Shown here: piece by piece, positions 1-13,515 of the stretch | Layout of the letters: every line of letters begins with the position of its first letter | How positions within the stretch are numbered: position 1 is the stretch's first letter | Origin: Octopus vulgaris | Taxonomy: Eukaryota | DNA: 64,000 nt | Reading direction: 5' to 3' | NCBI GenBank assembly: GCA_951406725.2 | Contig: OX597832.1 | Span: 18,290,001 to 18,354,000, forward strand | Made by a program: the position numbers and the translations under genes | Notes under the pieces: model-generated | The model's database searches: none | Told to the model about the DNA's origin: nothing | Seen by the model: only the letters and a program-made list of their open reading frames with translations

Positions 1-315
1 TATATTGCCATATATATATATATAGATATATATGCGCACGTGTGTGTGTAATGAAATGTATGTGTTATCGTTATTGTGTATGTATGCATACTTGTATGAT
101 ATTGCGTGTGTAAACACATAAAATTATTAGCTGACAGTTGATCATGCGCACTTTATTATTTCACCCCCGACTTACGCACCCGTATATGAATATACTTCAA
201 AGATAGTGATGTACTGCGATAAAATTATCAATATACATAAACGCATACACGCACACATGTATATATATGTATATATCTATATATCTATATTTATCTATAT
301 ATATATTTGTAAATA

Positions 316-362
<47 letters not shown>

Positions 363-969
363 ATTTTTTTATATTCATATACGTATGGAAATATATCTAT
401 ATTCATATATAAGTATATATGTGTATATATACATATATACATGTACGTACCTTTTTCTATATAAGGATGTATATATATATATATGTATGTATTTATCTAT
501 CTATATATATATCTATATCTATATCTACTATATATATATACATACATGTAATATATGTGTGTATGTGTTTGTTTGTATGTCTGTATATGTATACATGTGT
601 GCATGTATATATATATATATATATATATGTATACATGTGTGCATGTATATATATATATATATACCTATTTAAAATCATACGTATATACATACATATATAC
701 TTATGTTCGCACTTACATACGCGCACGGTGCCTTTCTCTCAAACATACACACATACACATACATATACACCTATGCTTGTGCGTGTAAGTGTTTACTACG
801 TATATACACTGATATATATATATAAGCCATAATCTTTTAACATATTGATAAGTTTGTGGAGAGAGATATAAGTTAATATATATGTAGCCTCACGTTGGGA
901 TTTCCAGTAATTTTTTTCAAATCTCAATTATTACCACAGTTGGATAAATAATGTACTGAATACTTAGTG

Positions 970-1620
970 GAATTAAAAGTCAACAAGTTTCCTGGGCCTG
1001 ATCACTGTCCTTCCTTTATTCTCATAATTGATCGGTGCTAAACTTCTTCAAATATTTAAAAACCTACCCGTTTCTCTTTTACCTTGTCTCTCTGTCCCTT
1101 TATATTCCCATAGAGATGTAGTGGAAAATTTCCACTTCCAGGATTAACAAATTTTGTTTCCCTACCAATAATAGCATATTTCTAGCATTGTTAATATGGA
1201 AGAGGTAATGAAGAGGGCCACTACCGTCCTTAGTCTACAAAAGAACAGGGTTATTTTGCTTCTTAATCTCTTACATTATATCTTTGTTAAAGATTATGAT
1301 ACAGTAAAATAACTCCCCACTATACTTCAGTGATACTTTTGCTATCAGAAACGTCGATTAAAGCCGTATTGGATGTTATGGCTCCAACGATTATTTTGTT
1401 CGCGTCTTACATTTGAATCTCCTGTTGATGGAGATATTTTTGACTCTTCCTTGCGCACACAATTGCGTTTATAATCCTACAAACATATGTGCCGATACTT
1501 CCGCCAATGCCTACTCTTATGTAGATGATAGCATACATTTTTCTTCCACAATATATATTTTACAAGCTCCAACTCGAAATACTTCTCACTAAGGCAGCAT
1601 TGAATTACGACGACATTCTT
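970..1620 (+). mobile_element. Highly degenerate non-LTR (CR1/L2-like) RT relic
   Basis: Scattered motif remnants in the expected order: LKVNKFPGPDHCP (KSPGPDG-like, ~974-1012), HYRP (YRPISL-like, ~1219), YIFVKDYDTV (KAFDTV-like, ~1277-1306). Many stops and frameshifts. Confidence 0.35.
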
Positions 1621-2021
1621 TCATTCACTATCCTTTTCAAGGAACGAATAGCTTTTTCTCCCGTTCAGTATGAACACCACACCAAAGGAATGAACATTGT
1701 TGCTATAGACTCAAAACTCATCCACTGTACCACTTACTAATTTACCTGGTAATCTTACCCTGCCTTATGAACACAGAATAACAAGTTTTCCCATCTGTAA
1801 ATAACAGGCGTAACTAAGCTAGACAAATGGTTTTCTAGCTTTGTTAAGGTTATAATGGTTATGTCCACGGTTATTGTGTGTGTTTATATATGCACTTATG
1901 CAGCTTCAAGTGATTTACAACTTATTTCTAACATTATAGGTGCTATTCAGCATCCTCTGTCAAAATTACGAAAATTATATTGTTCCTCTATGGTTTTATA
2001 TTGCGAGTAGAGGCTTATATT

Positions 2022-2114
<93 letters not shown>

Positions 2115-2116
<2 letters not shown>

Positions 2117-2345
2117 GGCGGCGAGCTGGCAGAGACGTTAGCACGCCGGGCGAAGTGCTTCGCGGTATTTCGCCCGTCGCTACGTTCTGAGTTCAAATTC
2201 CGCCGAGGTCGACTTTGCCTTTCATCTTTTCGGGGTCGATAAATTAAGTACCAGTTACCAACTGGGGCCGATGTAATCGACTTAATCTGTTTGTCTGTCC
2301 TTGTTTGTCCCCTCTATGTTTAGCCCCTTGTGGGTAGTAAAGAAA
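2115..2345 (+). mobile_element. tRNA-derived SINE, family A (full length)
   Basis: Head GGCGGCGAGCTGGCAGA (A-box-like) and GAGTTCAAATTCC (B-box-like); central GGTCGACTTTGCCTTTCATCTTTTCGGGGTCGATAAATTAAGTACCAG, resembling the Meta-type SINE domain as I recall it; tail ...TAGCCCCTTGTGGGTAGTAAAGAAA. More than 10 copies in this window. Confidence 0.92.
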
Positions 2346-2539
2346 CAGATATGAATACGCTCGTGTGTTTATGTATTGTTGTTTGAAGGAGTAAAGAAAT
2401 ATATATTACTTTATATATATGTGCGTGTGTATGTTATACATATATATGTGTGTGTGTGCGTATGTCTCTGTCTGTGTATCTCTGTGTGTGTGTGTTTTTG
2501 TGTGTGTGTATGAGTGTGTGCGTGTCTGTGTTTGTGTGT

Positions 2540-2737
2540 CTGTGTTTGTACCCCAACCGTAGCTCGACAACTGATGTTCGTGAGTTTCCGTCACCGTAAA
2601 TTACCGCTTCGGCAAAAGTGTTCCATAAAATAAGTACTAGGCTTACAAAGAATAAATTGTGGTATCAATTTGTTCGATTAAATACGGTGCTACAACATAG
2701 CCGCAGTTAAATGACTGAAACAATTAAAAGAATAAAA
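2540..2737 (+). mobile_element. SINE family B, 3' half (diverged)
   Basis: Matches the 3' half of the 37546-37948 copy (TTCGGCAAAAG, AATAAGTACTAGGCTTACAAAGAATAA, GCCGCAGTTAAATGACTGAAACA). Confidence 0.8.
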
Positions 2738-2759
2738 ACAAAATCTCTTTCTCTATCTG

Positions 2760-2776
2760 TCTTTCTATCTATCTAA

Positions 2777-2856
<80 letters not shown>

Positions 2857-2868
2857 ATATCTATCTAT
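2760..2868. repeat. (CTAT)n microsatellite
   Basis: Direct inspection. Confidence 0.95.
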
Positions 2869-2909
2869 ATGTGTATGTATCTATGTATTTATCTATATAT
2901 CTATCTATG

Positions 2910-2986
2910 TTTTCTCCCCCAAAAAGAAAAGCTGTACCTTGTAATTTGTCCCGTCTGTGTTCAGCCCTGTGTGGCTAATAAAGAAA
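2910..2986 (+). mobile_element. Extreme 3' end of Tx1/L1-clade LINE (5'-truncated)
   Basis: CCCCCAAAAAGAAAAGCTGTACCTTGTAATTTGTCCCGTCTGTGTTCAGCCCTGTGTGGCTAATAAAGAAA closely matches 59717-59786, the 3' end of the Tx1-like element. Confidence 0.85.
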
Positions 2987-3024
2987 CATATCTATGTATC
3001 TGTGTATATATGTATGTATGCTTG

Positions 3025-3087
<63 letters not shown>

Positions 3088-3089
<2 letters not shown>

Positions 3090-3435
3090 TTTACTCTTTT
3101 ACTTGTTTCAGTCATTTGACTGTGGCCATGCTGCCTTTAGTCGAGCAAATCGACCCCAGGACTTAGTCCTTGTAAGCCTAGTACTTATTCTATCGAACTC
3201 TTTTGTCGAAGTGCAAAGTCACGTGGACGTAAACACACCAGCATCGGTTGTCAAGCGATGGAGGGTGGACAAACACAGACACACAAACTTATACACACAC
3301 ACAGACACACACATACATATATATATATATACACATATATACGACGGGCTTCTTTCAGTTTCCGTCTACCACATCCACTCACAAGGCTTTGGTCGGCACG
3401 AGGTTATATTAGAAGACACTTGCCCAAGGTGCCAA
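3088..3435 (-). mobile_element. SINE family B (5'-truncated)
   Basis: Reverse complement of family B: CCTTGGGCAAGTGTCTTCT, CCGACCAAAGCCTTGTGAGTGGA, GAAAGAAGCCCGTCG, internal (TA)(TG) tract, tail GCATGGCCACAGTCAAATGACTGAAACAAGTAAAAGAG. Confidence 0.9.
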
Positions 3436-3451
3436 GCAGGGAAATATTTAG

Positions 3452-3483
<32 letters not shown>

Positions 3484-3799
3484 TGTTCTATTGAGAGAGG
3501 GAGAGAGATACATACATACATTCCACATAGGTATACAGGTAGGTACATTAGACACATACATGCATAATAGGAATAAATTTTGTTTGCAACCGCTCAGTAG
3601 ACGAATGCAGCGTTTGTTGGGCATTAAAAAAAAGCAGAGAAGTGCAGAGAATAACTGAATTTTAAATCAATGCAATTTAATGCCATGATATGGAATGTGG
3701 TTCCGTAAACCTATTTCCCGATTCATTAACATAATACATGGATGTAATGCACATTCATAAGGCATTTACTTACTGACTTACTTACGAGATTGCACACAA

Positions 3800-3800
<1 letters not shown>

Positions 3801-3856
<56 letters not shown>

Positions 3857-3960
3857 GCTACTACTGATAATAAGAATACTTAAGAACAACAGGAAAACCA
3901 ATATAGCTATACTACTACTACTACTACAACTACTACCACTACTACTACTACTACTACTAC

Positions 3961-3999
<39 letters not shown>

Positions 4000-4139
4000 C
4001 AATAATAATAGCGACAATAATAATGATAGTACAAAAGAAGAAGAGAAAAGAAGAATATGTGAAAGAAGAGGAAGAAGAAGAAGTGAAGAAGAAGAAGAAA
4101 AAGAAGAAAAAGAAGAAGAAGAAGATGATGAAGAAGAAG

Positions 4140-4171
<32 letters not shown>

Positions 4172-4200
4172 GAAGTAGAAGAAGAAGAATAGTAACTACA
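3801..4200. repeat. Compound trinucleotide microsatellite (CTA)n/(TAA)n/(GAA)n
   Basis: Direct inspection; explains ORF 3960..4361. Confidence 0.9.
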
Positions 4201-5038
4201 ATACTAGAAGATAACAGCAGCAACATCATTAGAATCTCATCGCATGCATTAACAACATGAACAAGAGGAAGAAGAAGAAGAACAACAACAACAGCAAATA
4301 CAGCAGTAACGGTATTAAGCAGCAACGAATGCAGAAACCAAAACAACAGTATTAATAACACGAACAGAAGAACATACCGGTATCATATAATGAAGGATAT
4401 ATATGTAGATAAATCCCTGAAAATGAAATGCGAACAAAACGGAAATCGCCTTGTTTATCAAACGTCCATCTTGATTCATACGGTAGTCTTGAGTTTAACA
4501 CTCTTCAAGAAACATTTTATGCGATTATTATTCCATATCAGCTCATATCAGGTACCTAATCTTCTGTAGAACTTCCTATAATTAAAAATGCATATGGTTC
4601 CTGGCACTAATCTTCCTTGCATATCTTATAAAACCTTTACCTAAGTAGAAAAGCAGCTAACGGGTTTCTCGTAGATATATGGTCGAAGCTTTCGTATGAG
4701 AAAATGAATTGACACATGCATAGAATAGTATGTAGATATTCAAGAATACATCCATACCTACCAATAGACTGATACATACATCCATAAATATCTAGCCATA
4801 CTTATTAAAAATGTGTATACTGATATGCATAGATATATATACACAAACGCACACTCACATATATATGTATATACACGTGTGTATGAGTGTATGTGTGTAT
4901 GTGCGCGCGTATATCTGAGTTAATGCCTATGTGACTGCAAGTGTGTCTGTCCATAATTATGGACATAGATATGTAAAGTTGTAATTAGAAAGGTGTGCAG
5001 TGAAGGGGAAAATGTAGAAAAGAGAACTAAGACGTATG

Positions 5039-5106
<68 letters not shown>

Positions 5107-5130
5107 CGTGTGTGTTTGTGTATGTATATA

Positions 5131-5271
5131 TATTAATATTTAGAAGAAGCAACTGAGTGACTCAAGGTCCCAGAGTTTCGGACATTGGCACTTATCAAAG
5201 AGTTTGATAAGTGCCAATACATGAAAGTCTCGGAACCTGAATCACTCCCTTCCTTCTGCTAAATATTAATA
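5131..5271. repeat. ~140-bp imperfect fold-back (hairpin/MITE-like)
   Basis: Perfect inner stem ATTGGCACTTATCAAA-GAG-TTTGATAAGTGCCAAT (5184-5218); outer arms TATTAATATTTA / TAAATATTAATA; partial pairing between. Confidence 0.8.
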
Positions 5272-6179
5272 AAAGTTATATATATATATATACACATATT
5301 TTGAGTACTATTTTTCCTGTTGGCACCAACGTACCTATGTATATATATATTTATCAACCAGCCAACTAAGTAATATTTATAAACGCTATTATTCTATAGA
5401 AACAGCAGAATCCTTAGAATGGTAGCTAAAGAATATTACAGTAATTTCCTTTCTTTCCTCTTTTTAGTGATGATGGATTTTTTAAAGGTAGTGATTTGAC
5501 AAGATCATTAGAGAGTTGTACAAAATTCATCACAGTATCTTTTGGCTACAGGTTTTTTAAATTTTTTATTTCATGTTTATGACTCCTAATATTTTGTATT
5601 TCATTCTTCCAGGTTCGATAATACGGCGTACCTTTCAACACTTGAATTGATAAAATCAACTGTTTCTTTGCTCTCAAAATTGCAGATCGTGTTCTTGTGG
5701 AACAAACGTATGGATGTTGAATAGACTGACTCCCTATAGCGTCGGCAAAATTCCTTTCGATTACCCTTTACTGACATTTAACTCTCAGAGTTCAAAATCC
5801 AATGATGCCGATATCCCATTTTATCCGTTGGGATACGATAAAAATGAAGCACCATTTACGTACTTGAATCGATACGAAATTGATTGAATTATTCTCATCA
5901 AATTTTGGACTTTTGTCTAAATTAGAGAGCGATTATTTGATTGGAAAAAAGTCCTGTCAAATCTCAAGTTTAGACAAATTATTACAATTAGTCTTGGGTT
6001 TTAATTGATATATTTAATCATCATAATATTTCAACTCAATATTGATAATATATTCCCATTTATTTGAAAACCTGTTGAGCCCTAGAACATAAAATCTACA
6101 GGTTTTAAAATTTACGACTAGTTAATTGTTAATAAGGGAAAATTTGCCTTAAGTGTAGCATCAAGGCACAACTTAGATT

Positions 6180-6717
6180 GCTTGGCAAGACTGTTACAAT
6201 AAGATTCCGAGTTCGGTTTACTGGTGTGGTACTTTGTGCAGGTGTCTTCTGCTGGAGTCGACAAAAGCCTTGTGAGTGAATTTCGTAGACGGAAACAACA
6301 AGAACTCCGTCATATGTATGTAATGTATGTAATGATGGCGCCAAGGTATTTGAAACTCTCAACTTCTTCAAGAATATCACCATTGAGGGCAATGAGTGTT
6401 TTGTCTGGGTTAGCGAAAGCGTCGTGGTGGACAACGAAAAACCTGGCTGATGACGGTCAAGGCTAATCTGGAACACAACCTAGGCCTCCATATCTACGGC
6501 GTTCGCCGCTGGAATAAGGAGTGGTTGGAGATCACGTGGTCGTTAGTCTCAAATCGCCAGGCCTGATCGGCGTTTGTGAGAGATGCAGCATTGAGGACGA
6601 ATGAAGCCAGCTCAACCTACCCCGGGTGAATGCTGTAAGTAGAAGAAGATATATGTATGGATGTACATACGTACGTAAGTATGCATGTATGTATGGATGT
6701 ATGTGTGTTTATGTATG

Positions 6718-6752
<35 letters not shown>

Positions 6753-6965
6753 GTATGTGTGTGTGTATGCATTTGAGCGTCTGTGTGTATGTTTGCATGT
6801 CAGTGTTTGTCCGCACCACCGCTTAGCAGCCGTGTAACATAACCGTCCAGCAAATTTTCCGATAGAATATGTAACAGGTTTTAAAAAGATTTATATTCAA
6901 CTAAAAAGTCCTCAATGCAGTGCCCCAACATGGCCGCAATCTTATGATAGAGACAAATAAAAGAC
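6180..6965 (+). mobile_element. Diverged SINE family B interrupted by an RTE fragment
   Basis: 5' part (GTGTCTTCTGCT...AAAGCCTTGTGAGTGAATTTCGTAGACGGAAAC) at ~6240-6312 and 3' part (CCGATAGAATA...CATGGCCGCAATC) at ~6805-6965 flank the RTE insert. Confidence 0.7.
6328..6650 (+). mobile_element. RTE-clade LINE 3' end with inverted 5' segment
   Basis: Plus strand ~6408-6629 reads G*RKRRGGQRKTWLMTVKANLEHNLGLHIYGVRRWNKEWLEITWSLVSNRQA*SAFVRDA...PG*, an RTE-type C-terminus. Minus strand ~6328-6406 reads DKTLIALNGDILEEVESFKYLGAIIT (RT FKYLG motif). Confidence 0.8.
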
Positions 6966-7608
6966 AATAGTAATCATCTGTATATGCGAGAAGAATTTCT
7001 TTCCAACTTAACAACACAATATTCTTTAAGAGAAAATTGCGTCACCACCATTGTTCATTTGTAAATAAAATTGCTTACTGTTGCTAGAATACACAGTCGT
7101 GATGTTCGCAGAAAAAAGAAAAAAAAAATTTTCGGAAACAAAAAAATATAAACAAAGAAATGTTAATTAAGTCAAGTGAAAATTAACATCTAATTGAGTA
7201 TGTTAGTGTTTATTTCCATTTTGGTTCAGAGAATATTCTTTGCTACTAAATATAATTTTCTAATGCTAATATAATCGGTTAAATAATTCTTCTCTTGCCG
7301 CATTGCAAGCCACTTTAGTGCATACTAAACAGAATCTGTTGCAGAAAGACGCAGTAAGTGAATGGGTCTGGGTATTTTTCTAAGTATACGAACGACTTGT
7401 ATGTGCATGTGTGTGTGTGAGCGCTTTTGCTTGTGCGTGTGATCGTATTTGTGGGAATGCGAGTGTACAAGTTCTATTTTATTTTTGCATAAACGTCAGT
7501 GCATCTGCGTATGACTTCATTAAATTTATGTACGCATGTTCGCAACTGCATTAGACCATCTCCAAACATAAGTGTGGAAGTGAATGAATGCTTATGTGTG
7601 TGTATGTG

Positions 7609-7660
<52 letters not shown>

Positions 7661-7853
7661 AGCAATGATAAATTTCTGAGCAAGAAGTAAATTGTAGCAT
7701 CGTGAAGTATATTTCCGCTTAAATGTAGATGACCCATCCCATATGGGACGATGCTGTAGTTTATAGCTGGAGGAGAGGTCTTCCTGGGGCTACAAACTAC
7801 AGTAGCATCGGCACATATGGGTGAAACACATTTAAGTGGCAAGTATACTTCAC

Positions 7854-7931
<78 letters not shown>

Positions 7932-8199
7932 TGGATATACAGACAGCCAGACATACAAGCAGACTTACAGATAGCCAGACAGACAGGTAGATAGATAAAT
8001 AGATAGAGAGAGAGAGAGGGAGAGAGAGAGAGAGAAAGATAGGTAGGGATATGTAATTTCTATGTATTTACTTGAATGAGCTTTTATTTACGTGAATGAA
8101 GATGTCTGCAATATTTAGTCGTATGTATTTATCTTGTGAGAGTGTATCCTTTAAAGTAAGTCTGTGAGTATCCGTGAGTATACATCACGACTATTTATG

Positions 8200-8682
8200 A
8201 ACCGACCTTGAAGGACCGTCACTGAACAACTGTGGTGTATCCTGGGGCTCCTGCCAAGTAATTATGAACGAGGAAATGCGAATGAAAAGTGTTGCATCAG
8301 AATATGTGTCTAGCTTTCTAACAGAAGATTAAAAGCAGTCACGTATAACTGCTTGTCGTGAACTGAAAAAACAGAAGGAAGTTGATCCGGACCTTTTCTC
8401 GAAGGTCATTACTGGTGAGGAAAGCTGTTACAACGGAATTTAAAGATGTGGCAGAATTAAAGAAACAAACGCCGGGTGTGTTATAAGAATCACTTTTCAA
8501 GCATTCCAACACAGATTCTAAAAGTGCAAAAAGTGTCTCCGACGATGCATTGCTTCAAATGGAAAATACTTCAAATGCAATTAAAGTGTAAACGTGTAAA
8601 ACTCATGTAAACATGTAAAATTTATTCACATGTAAGTGAATAAATAATATTTTAAAATTCCGTTTTCTTTTGGGTAACCCTA
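8200..8682 (+). mobile_element. Internally deleted mariner transposase relic
   Basis: VSWGSCQVIMNEEMRMKSVASEYVSSFLTED*KQSRITACRELKKQKEVDPDLFSKVITGEESC (WVPRLL-like and ITGDESW-like motifs), then C-terminal FKDVAELKK...RRCIASNGKYF and a TIR-like end AATTCCGTTTTCTTTTGGGTAACCC. Confidence 0.8.
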
Positions 8683-8871
8683 ATATATTTGCCTATTTGT
8701 GTATGTTATGTGTTTCTTTGTATTATTGTAGCTTTCTTTGCATTCATGTGGAAACAACCTTAGGACAAAAAGAGAATAATACAAAAAAAGCAAAACTATA
8801 ATTCTCCATAACAAAGAAAATCATTAATAAATAGGAAATATTATATATACATACACACGCACACACACACA

Positions 8872-8937
<66 letters not shown>

Positions 8938-9255
8938 CATGCAAATGTAAATGGACAGAGAACTAGGGAGAGAGTCAACCACCGTAATGATTATATTTGG
9001 AATTCACGCAGGTCTGTATCTAAGTGTAAAACGAGCATAAATTAGAAAAATAACAATAAAAATAATATTAAAAAAACGACGGCAAAAAGCTTCAACATCA
9101 CCAACACGAGGAATAATTCCAAGCCTAAAACTGAAACCCCAAATTTTTTTAGATAAAGACGGAGTTTAAGATTTGTGTTCGAAAATTTTGCTTAAATATG
9201 ATGTTTTCATATTATCGCTATCATATTGCTCATTGCATTCGGCTTCTTGTGGTTG

Positions 9256-9400
9256 CCTCCTCCTCCTCCTCCTCCTCCTTCTTCTTCTTCTTCTTCTTCT
9301 TCTTCTTCTTCTTCTTCTTCTTCTTCTCCTCCTCCTTCTTCTTCTTCTTCTTCTTCTTCTTCTTCTTCTTCTTCTTCTTCTTCTCCTTCTTCTTCCTCTC
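9256..9400. repeat. (CCT)n/(CTT)n polypyrimidine microsatellite
   Basis: Direct inspection. Confidence 0.95.
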
Positions 9401-9480
9401 TCATCATCTGCATTGTTCCTGCTTGAAGCTTTACTGATTTAAATACACAGACGCTTATACGTGTGTATATTATATATATG

Positions 9481-9524
<44 letters not shown>

Positions 9525-9542
9525 TATATATATATATATATG

Positions 9543-9596
<54 letters not shown>

Positions 9597-10145
9597 CATA
9601 TACATATATGTATACATATACATATACATATACATATAAACATACATATAAACATACGTTTATATATGCATATATTATATGCATACACACACATACGCTC
9701 GCATGCTCACACGAACACACACATATTCCCAACGATTGACTAGTTCTCTCATTCAAGGCCCCTCGAATCACAGCAAGACCATTCGACCACTTGTAAAGCA
9801 ATTCTTTTAGACAAGTGTATCTGAAATGTTATTGAAGCTATTGGATTATAATGGCAATAGCATTTATTCCAGCAATTGGACAGCACGAATAATACAAAGA
9901 AAGAATGATAATAAAATGTACAAAAAGTAGCGAAAATGGAATAGAAAATGTAAACAAAAATTTCATATTTAAAAAATAAGTTTTCGGCCACATCTGTGAA
10001 AATCAAGTTGAGCACAAGTTGTTTATTATGAAATCATAATGCTAATGTATTCCTGTTGTAGCTGTTGCGATAGGCGCATGGGGATAGAGATTATAACAAA
10101 TATGCTCTTACACACACACACACACTGAAACACATACATACATAT

Positions 10146-10537
10146 GTGGAAGCACTCCGTCGGTTACGACGATGAGGGTTCCGGTTGATCCGAATCAACA
10201 GAACAGCCTGCTCGTGAAATTAACGTGTAAGTGGCTGAGCACTCCACAGACACGTGTACCCTTAATGTAGTTCTCAGGGATATTCAGCGTTACACAGACA
10301 GTGACAAGGCCGGCCCCTTAAAATACAGGTACAACAGAAACAAGAAGTAAGGGTGGAGTGAGAGAAAGTTGAGGCGAAAGAGTACAACAGGGGTCACCAC
10401 CACCCCCTGCCGGAGCCTCGTGGAACTTTAGGTGTTTTCGTTCAATAAACACACACAACGCGCGGTCTGGGAATCGAAACCGCGATCCTCCGACCGCGAG
10501 TCCGCTGCCCTAACCACTGGGCCATTGCGCCTCCACA
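10146..10537 (-). mobile_element. tRNA(Arg)-like SINE family C, tail type 1 (OR1/OR2-like)
   Basis: Minus strand TGTGGAGGCGCAATGGCCCAGTGGTTAGGGCAGCGGACTCGCGGTCGGAGGATCGCGGTTTCGATTCCC (A and B boxes); body shared with 44586-44750; distinct 3' tail ending GACGGAGTGCTTCCAC. Confidence 0.9.
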
Positions 10538-11100
10538 CATACATATACATACATTACAAATACACTCACATACAGATACACACGTATACAAATCGACATG
10601 CACGTGCATGTGCTTCATTAAAGTGACCTCAGTGTTCAACCTCTTCGTTTTTAATTTAGAGTTTTCATACTATCTTTTAAGAGTTTTATATCAAATATGG
10701 AAAGAACGAAGTACCTAAATGCATATTCGACAATTCAAGATGTTCTCAGAATTAGAATAAACTTCAACATGTACTCATTTCCGCCGAAGTTTATTTGTCT
10801 CTTAGGCTTCTACGTCAACAGTCATACGCAATTTGGTTAAGCTTTCATTCCAGTAGCGATGAATTTACGAGTGCGTTGTCTCATTCTTTATTTTGGAACT
10901 TTATCATGATGAGTGTTGTCTCCCTAATTAATCTTGTTTTCTTTTGAGGAATATATATGTGTAATGAAGCGAAACTTAGTAATAACATTTGGTTGATAAC
11001 TAATGGGGAATTAGTGACTCTCTGTGTCTGTCATCTGCCAGGTTGTATACTCAGTAATGTTATGACATTTGTCTATTTACTTTTTTATATATTATATGTG

Positions 11101-11982
<882 letters not shown>

Positions 11983-12714
11983 TATATATATATATGCATA
12001 TACGTATGTGTATGTATACGTAAGTTAACATATATAATGATGATTATACTGAGGAAGTCGACGAGAGGAAATAGTAGTGATGATGATGACGATGACGACG
12101 GCGATGACTACTTCACCGAGAGCTAATTTCAATTTGCTGAGAGTGTATTCCAATAACATTTAAGAACAATTCTGAGTTAAACTCAAATTTAGTTCAACAT
12201 TGAAATCCATCCTTCACTGCTGGTGGACATATGACTAATCGCTGTTATATTCAGTAGGTGTCATATGCCTACGACATTCGTCTATAGAAAAAATGACCGC
12301 AACATAATATTTCGGTTTTAAAGAATGAAACACTTTCAGTCGTTTTAGAACTTGGTATTGTGAACTGTAGTCAACACAATCGCTGAAAGATGTGCTGCCC
12401 TCAAGTAATTTGTAGAATCACTGAGTAGGGCTTGGATGTATAAGCATGTTTCTGAGTAAGTGACCCCTAAGTCTTCATCGGAATTTAGAAGAATGAGTTG
12501 CCTTTTGTAATTTTGCACGACTGCTCATACTGTGGGATTCGCAATTAGCAAAGCTTTCGTTTTTGAGACACTCACGCACGCACGTGAGCAAACATGCACA
12601 CAAATCGTCCTAGAGCAGCTCAAGAATAAGAGATTTAACAGTATGATTGGAAGCTCGGAGAGGGGTAATGGCAGGTGCAGTAGCAAAATATCTTCAAGTA
12701 ATACAACATAGACA

Positions 12715-12889
12715 TTTAAATCAGTAGGGGATTTTTTGAGGATACGGGTCGTTATTGTCTGCAAAGTCTTCTGGATTTCTCTGAGACATGGTTCTCCTGG
12801 GATGTTCTCTAGATATTTCTGACATCTGTTCTTGTTATCATACTGAGGTCACCCACAATAACGGGAACAAATCTCGCTTTAAGACTCCA
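12715..12889 (-). mobile_element. R4/Dong-like (RLE) non-LTR element, C-terminal fragment (diverged)
   Basis: Minus strand WSLKARFVPVIVGDLSMITR / KYLENIPGEPCLREIQKTLQTITTRILKK (one frameshift), homologous to the adjacent plus-strand fragment. Confidence 0.75.
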
Positions 12890-12892
12890 CTA

Positions 12893-12918
12893 TCATTATT
12901 ATTATTATTATTATTAAT

Positions 12919-12989
<71 letters not shown>

Positions 12990-12990
12990 T
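12893..12990. repeat. (TTA)n switching to (TAA)n microsatellite
   Basis: Direct inspection; orientation switch near 12915-12922. Confidence 0.9.
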
Positions 12991-12992
12991 AA

Positions 12993-13278
12993 GAGGTAAC
13001 CAGAATGTGGAATCTAAAAACAGAAACAATTCCTATCATAGTAGGTGCATTAGGCATGATAAAAAAATATTCAGACAAATACATAACAAAAACACTAGGA
13101 CTTACAAACACATATAACATACAGAAAATTGCACTACTAGGCACTGCACACATCCTACGCAGAACACTTTCCATACAATAACCATCAGAGCATCACAATA
13201 AATCACAGCACATACCCAAGGCACACAGAGCTGTGCTCGGTAGTGAAGTGAAAGCACGCTATAAAAATAAAACTACTG

Positions 13279-13279
<1 letters not shown>
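12993..13279 (+). mobile_element. R4/Dong-like (RLE) non-LTR element 3' end in (TAA)n
   Basis: Open frame 12993-13181 EVTRMWNLKTETIPIIVGALGMIKKYSDKYITKTLGLTNTYNIQKIALLGTAHILRRTLSIQ* (PIIVGALG and QK.ALLGTAHILR typical of the R4/Dong C-terminus), short 3' UTR, flanked by TAA repeats, the known Dong target. Confidence 0.9.
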
Positions 13280-13309
<30 letters not shown>

Positions 13310-13311
13310 TT

Positions 13312-13515
13312 AAGGTGGTGAGCTGGTAGAATCGCTAATACGCTGGACAAAATGCCAATCGGTATTTCGCCTGTCACAACGTTGTGAGTTAAAATTCCGC
13401 GTTTCATTCTTTCGGAGTCAATACATTAAGTACCAGTTGAACACTAGGGTTAATGTAATCGACTAGTCCCATCCTCCAAAATTTCAAGGCCTTATGCCTT
13501 CAGTAGAAAGGATTA
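13312..13515 (+). mobile_element. SINE family A', alternative tail
   Basis: Family A head and central domain but tail CCAAAATTTCAAGGCCTTATGCCTTCAGTAGAAAGGATTAT followed by (ATT)n. Confidence 0.8.

Noticed and set aside
10465-10537. tRNA gene (also heads at 2117, 44586, 63269)
   Set aside because: A/B-box heads continue into multi-copy SINE bodies and lack a proper acceptor stem.
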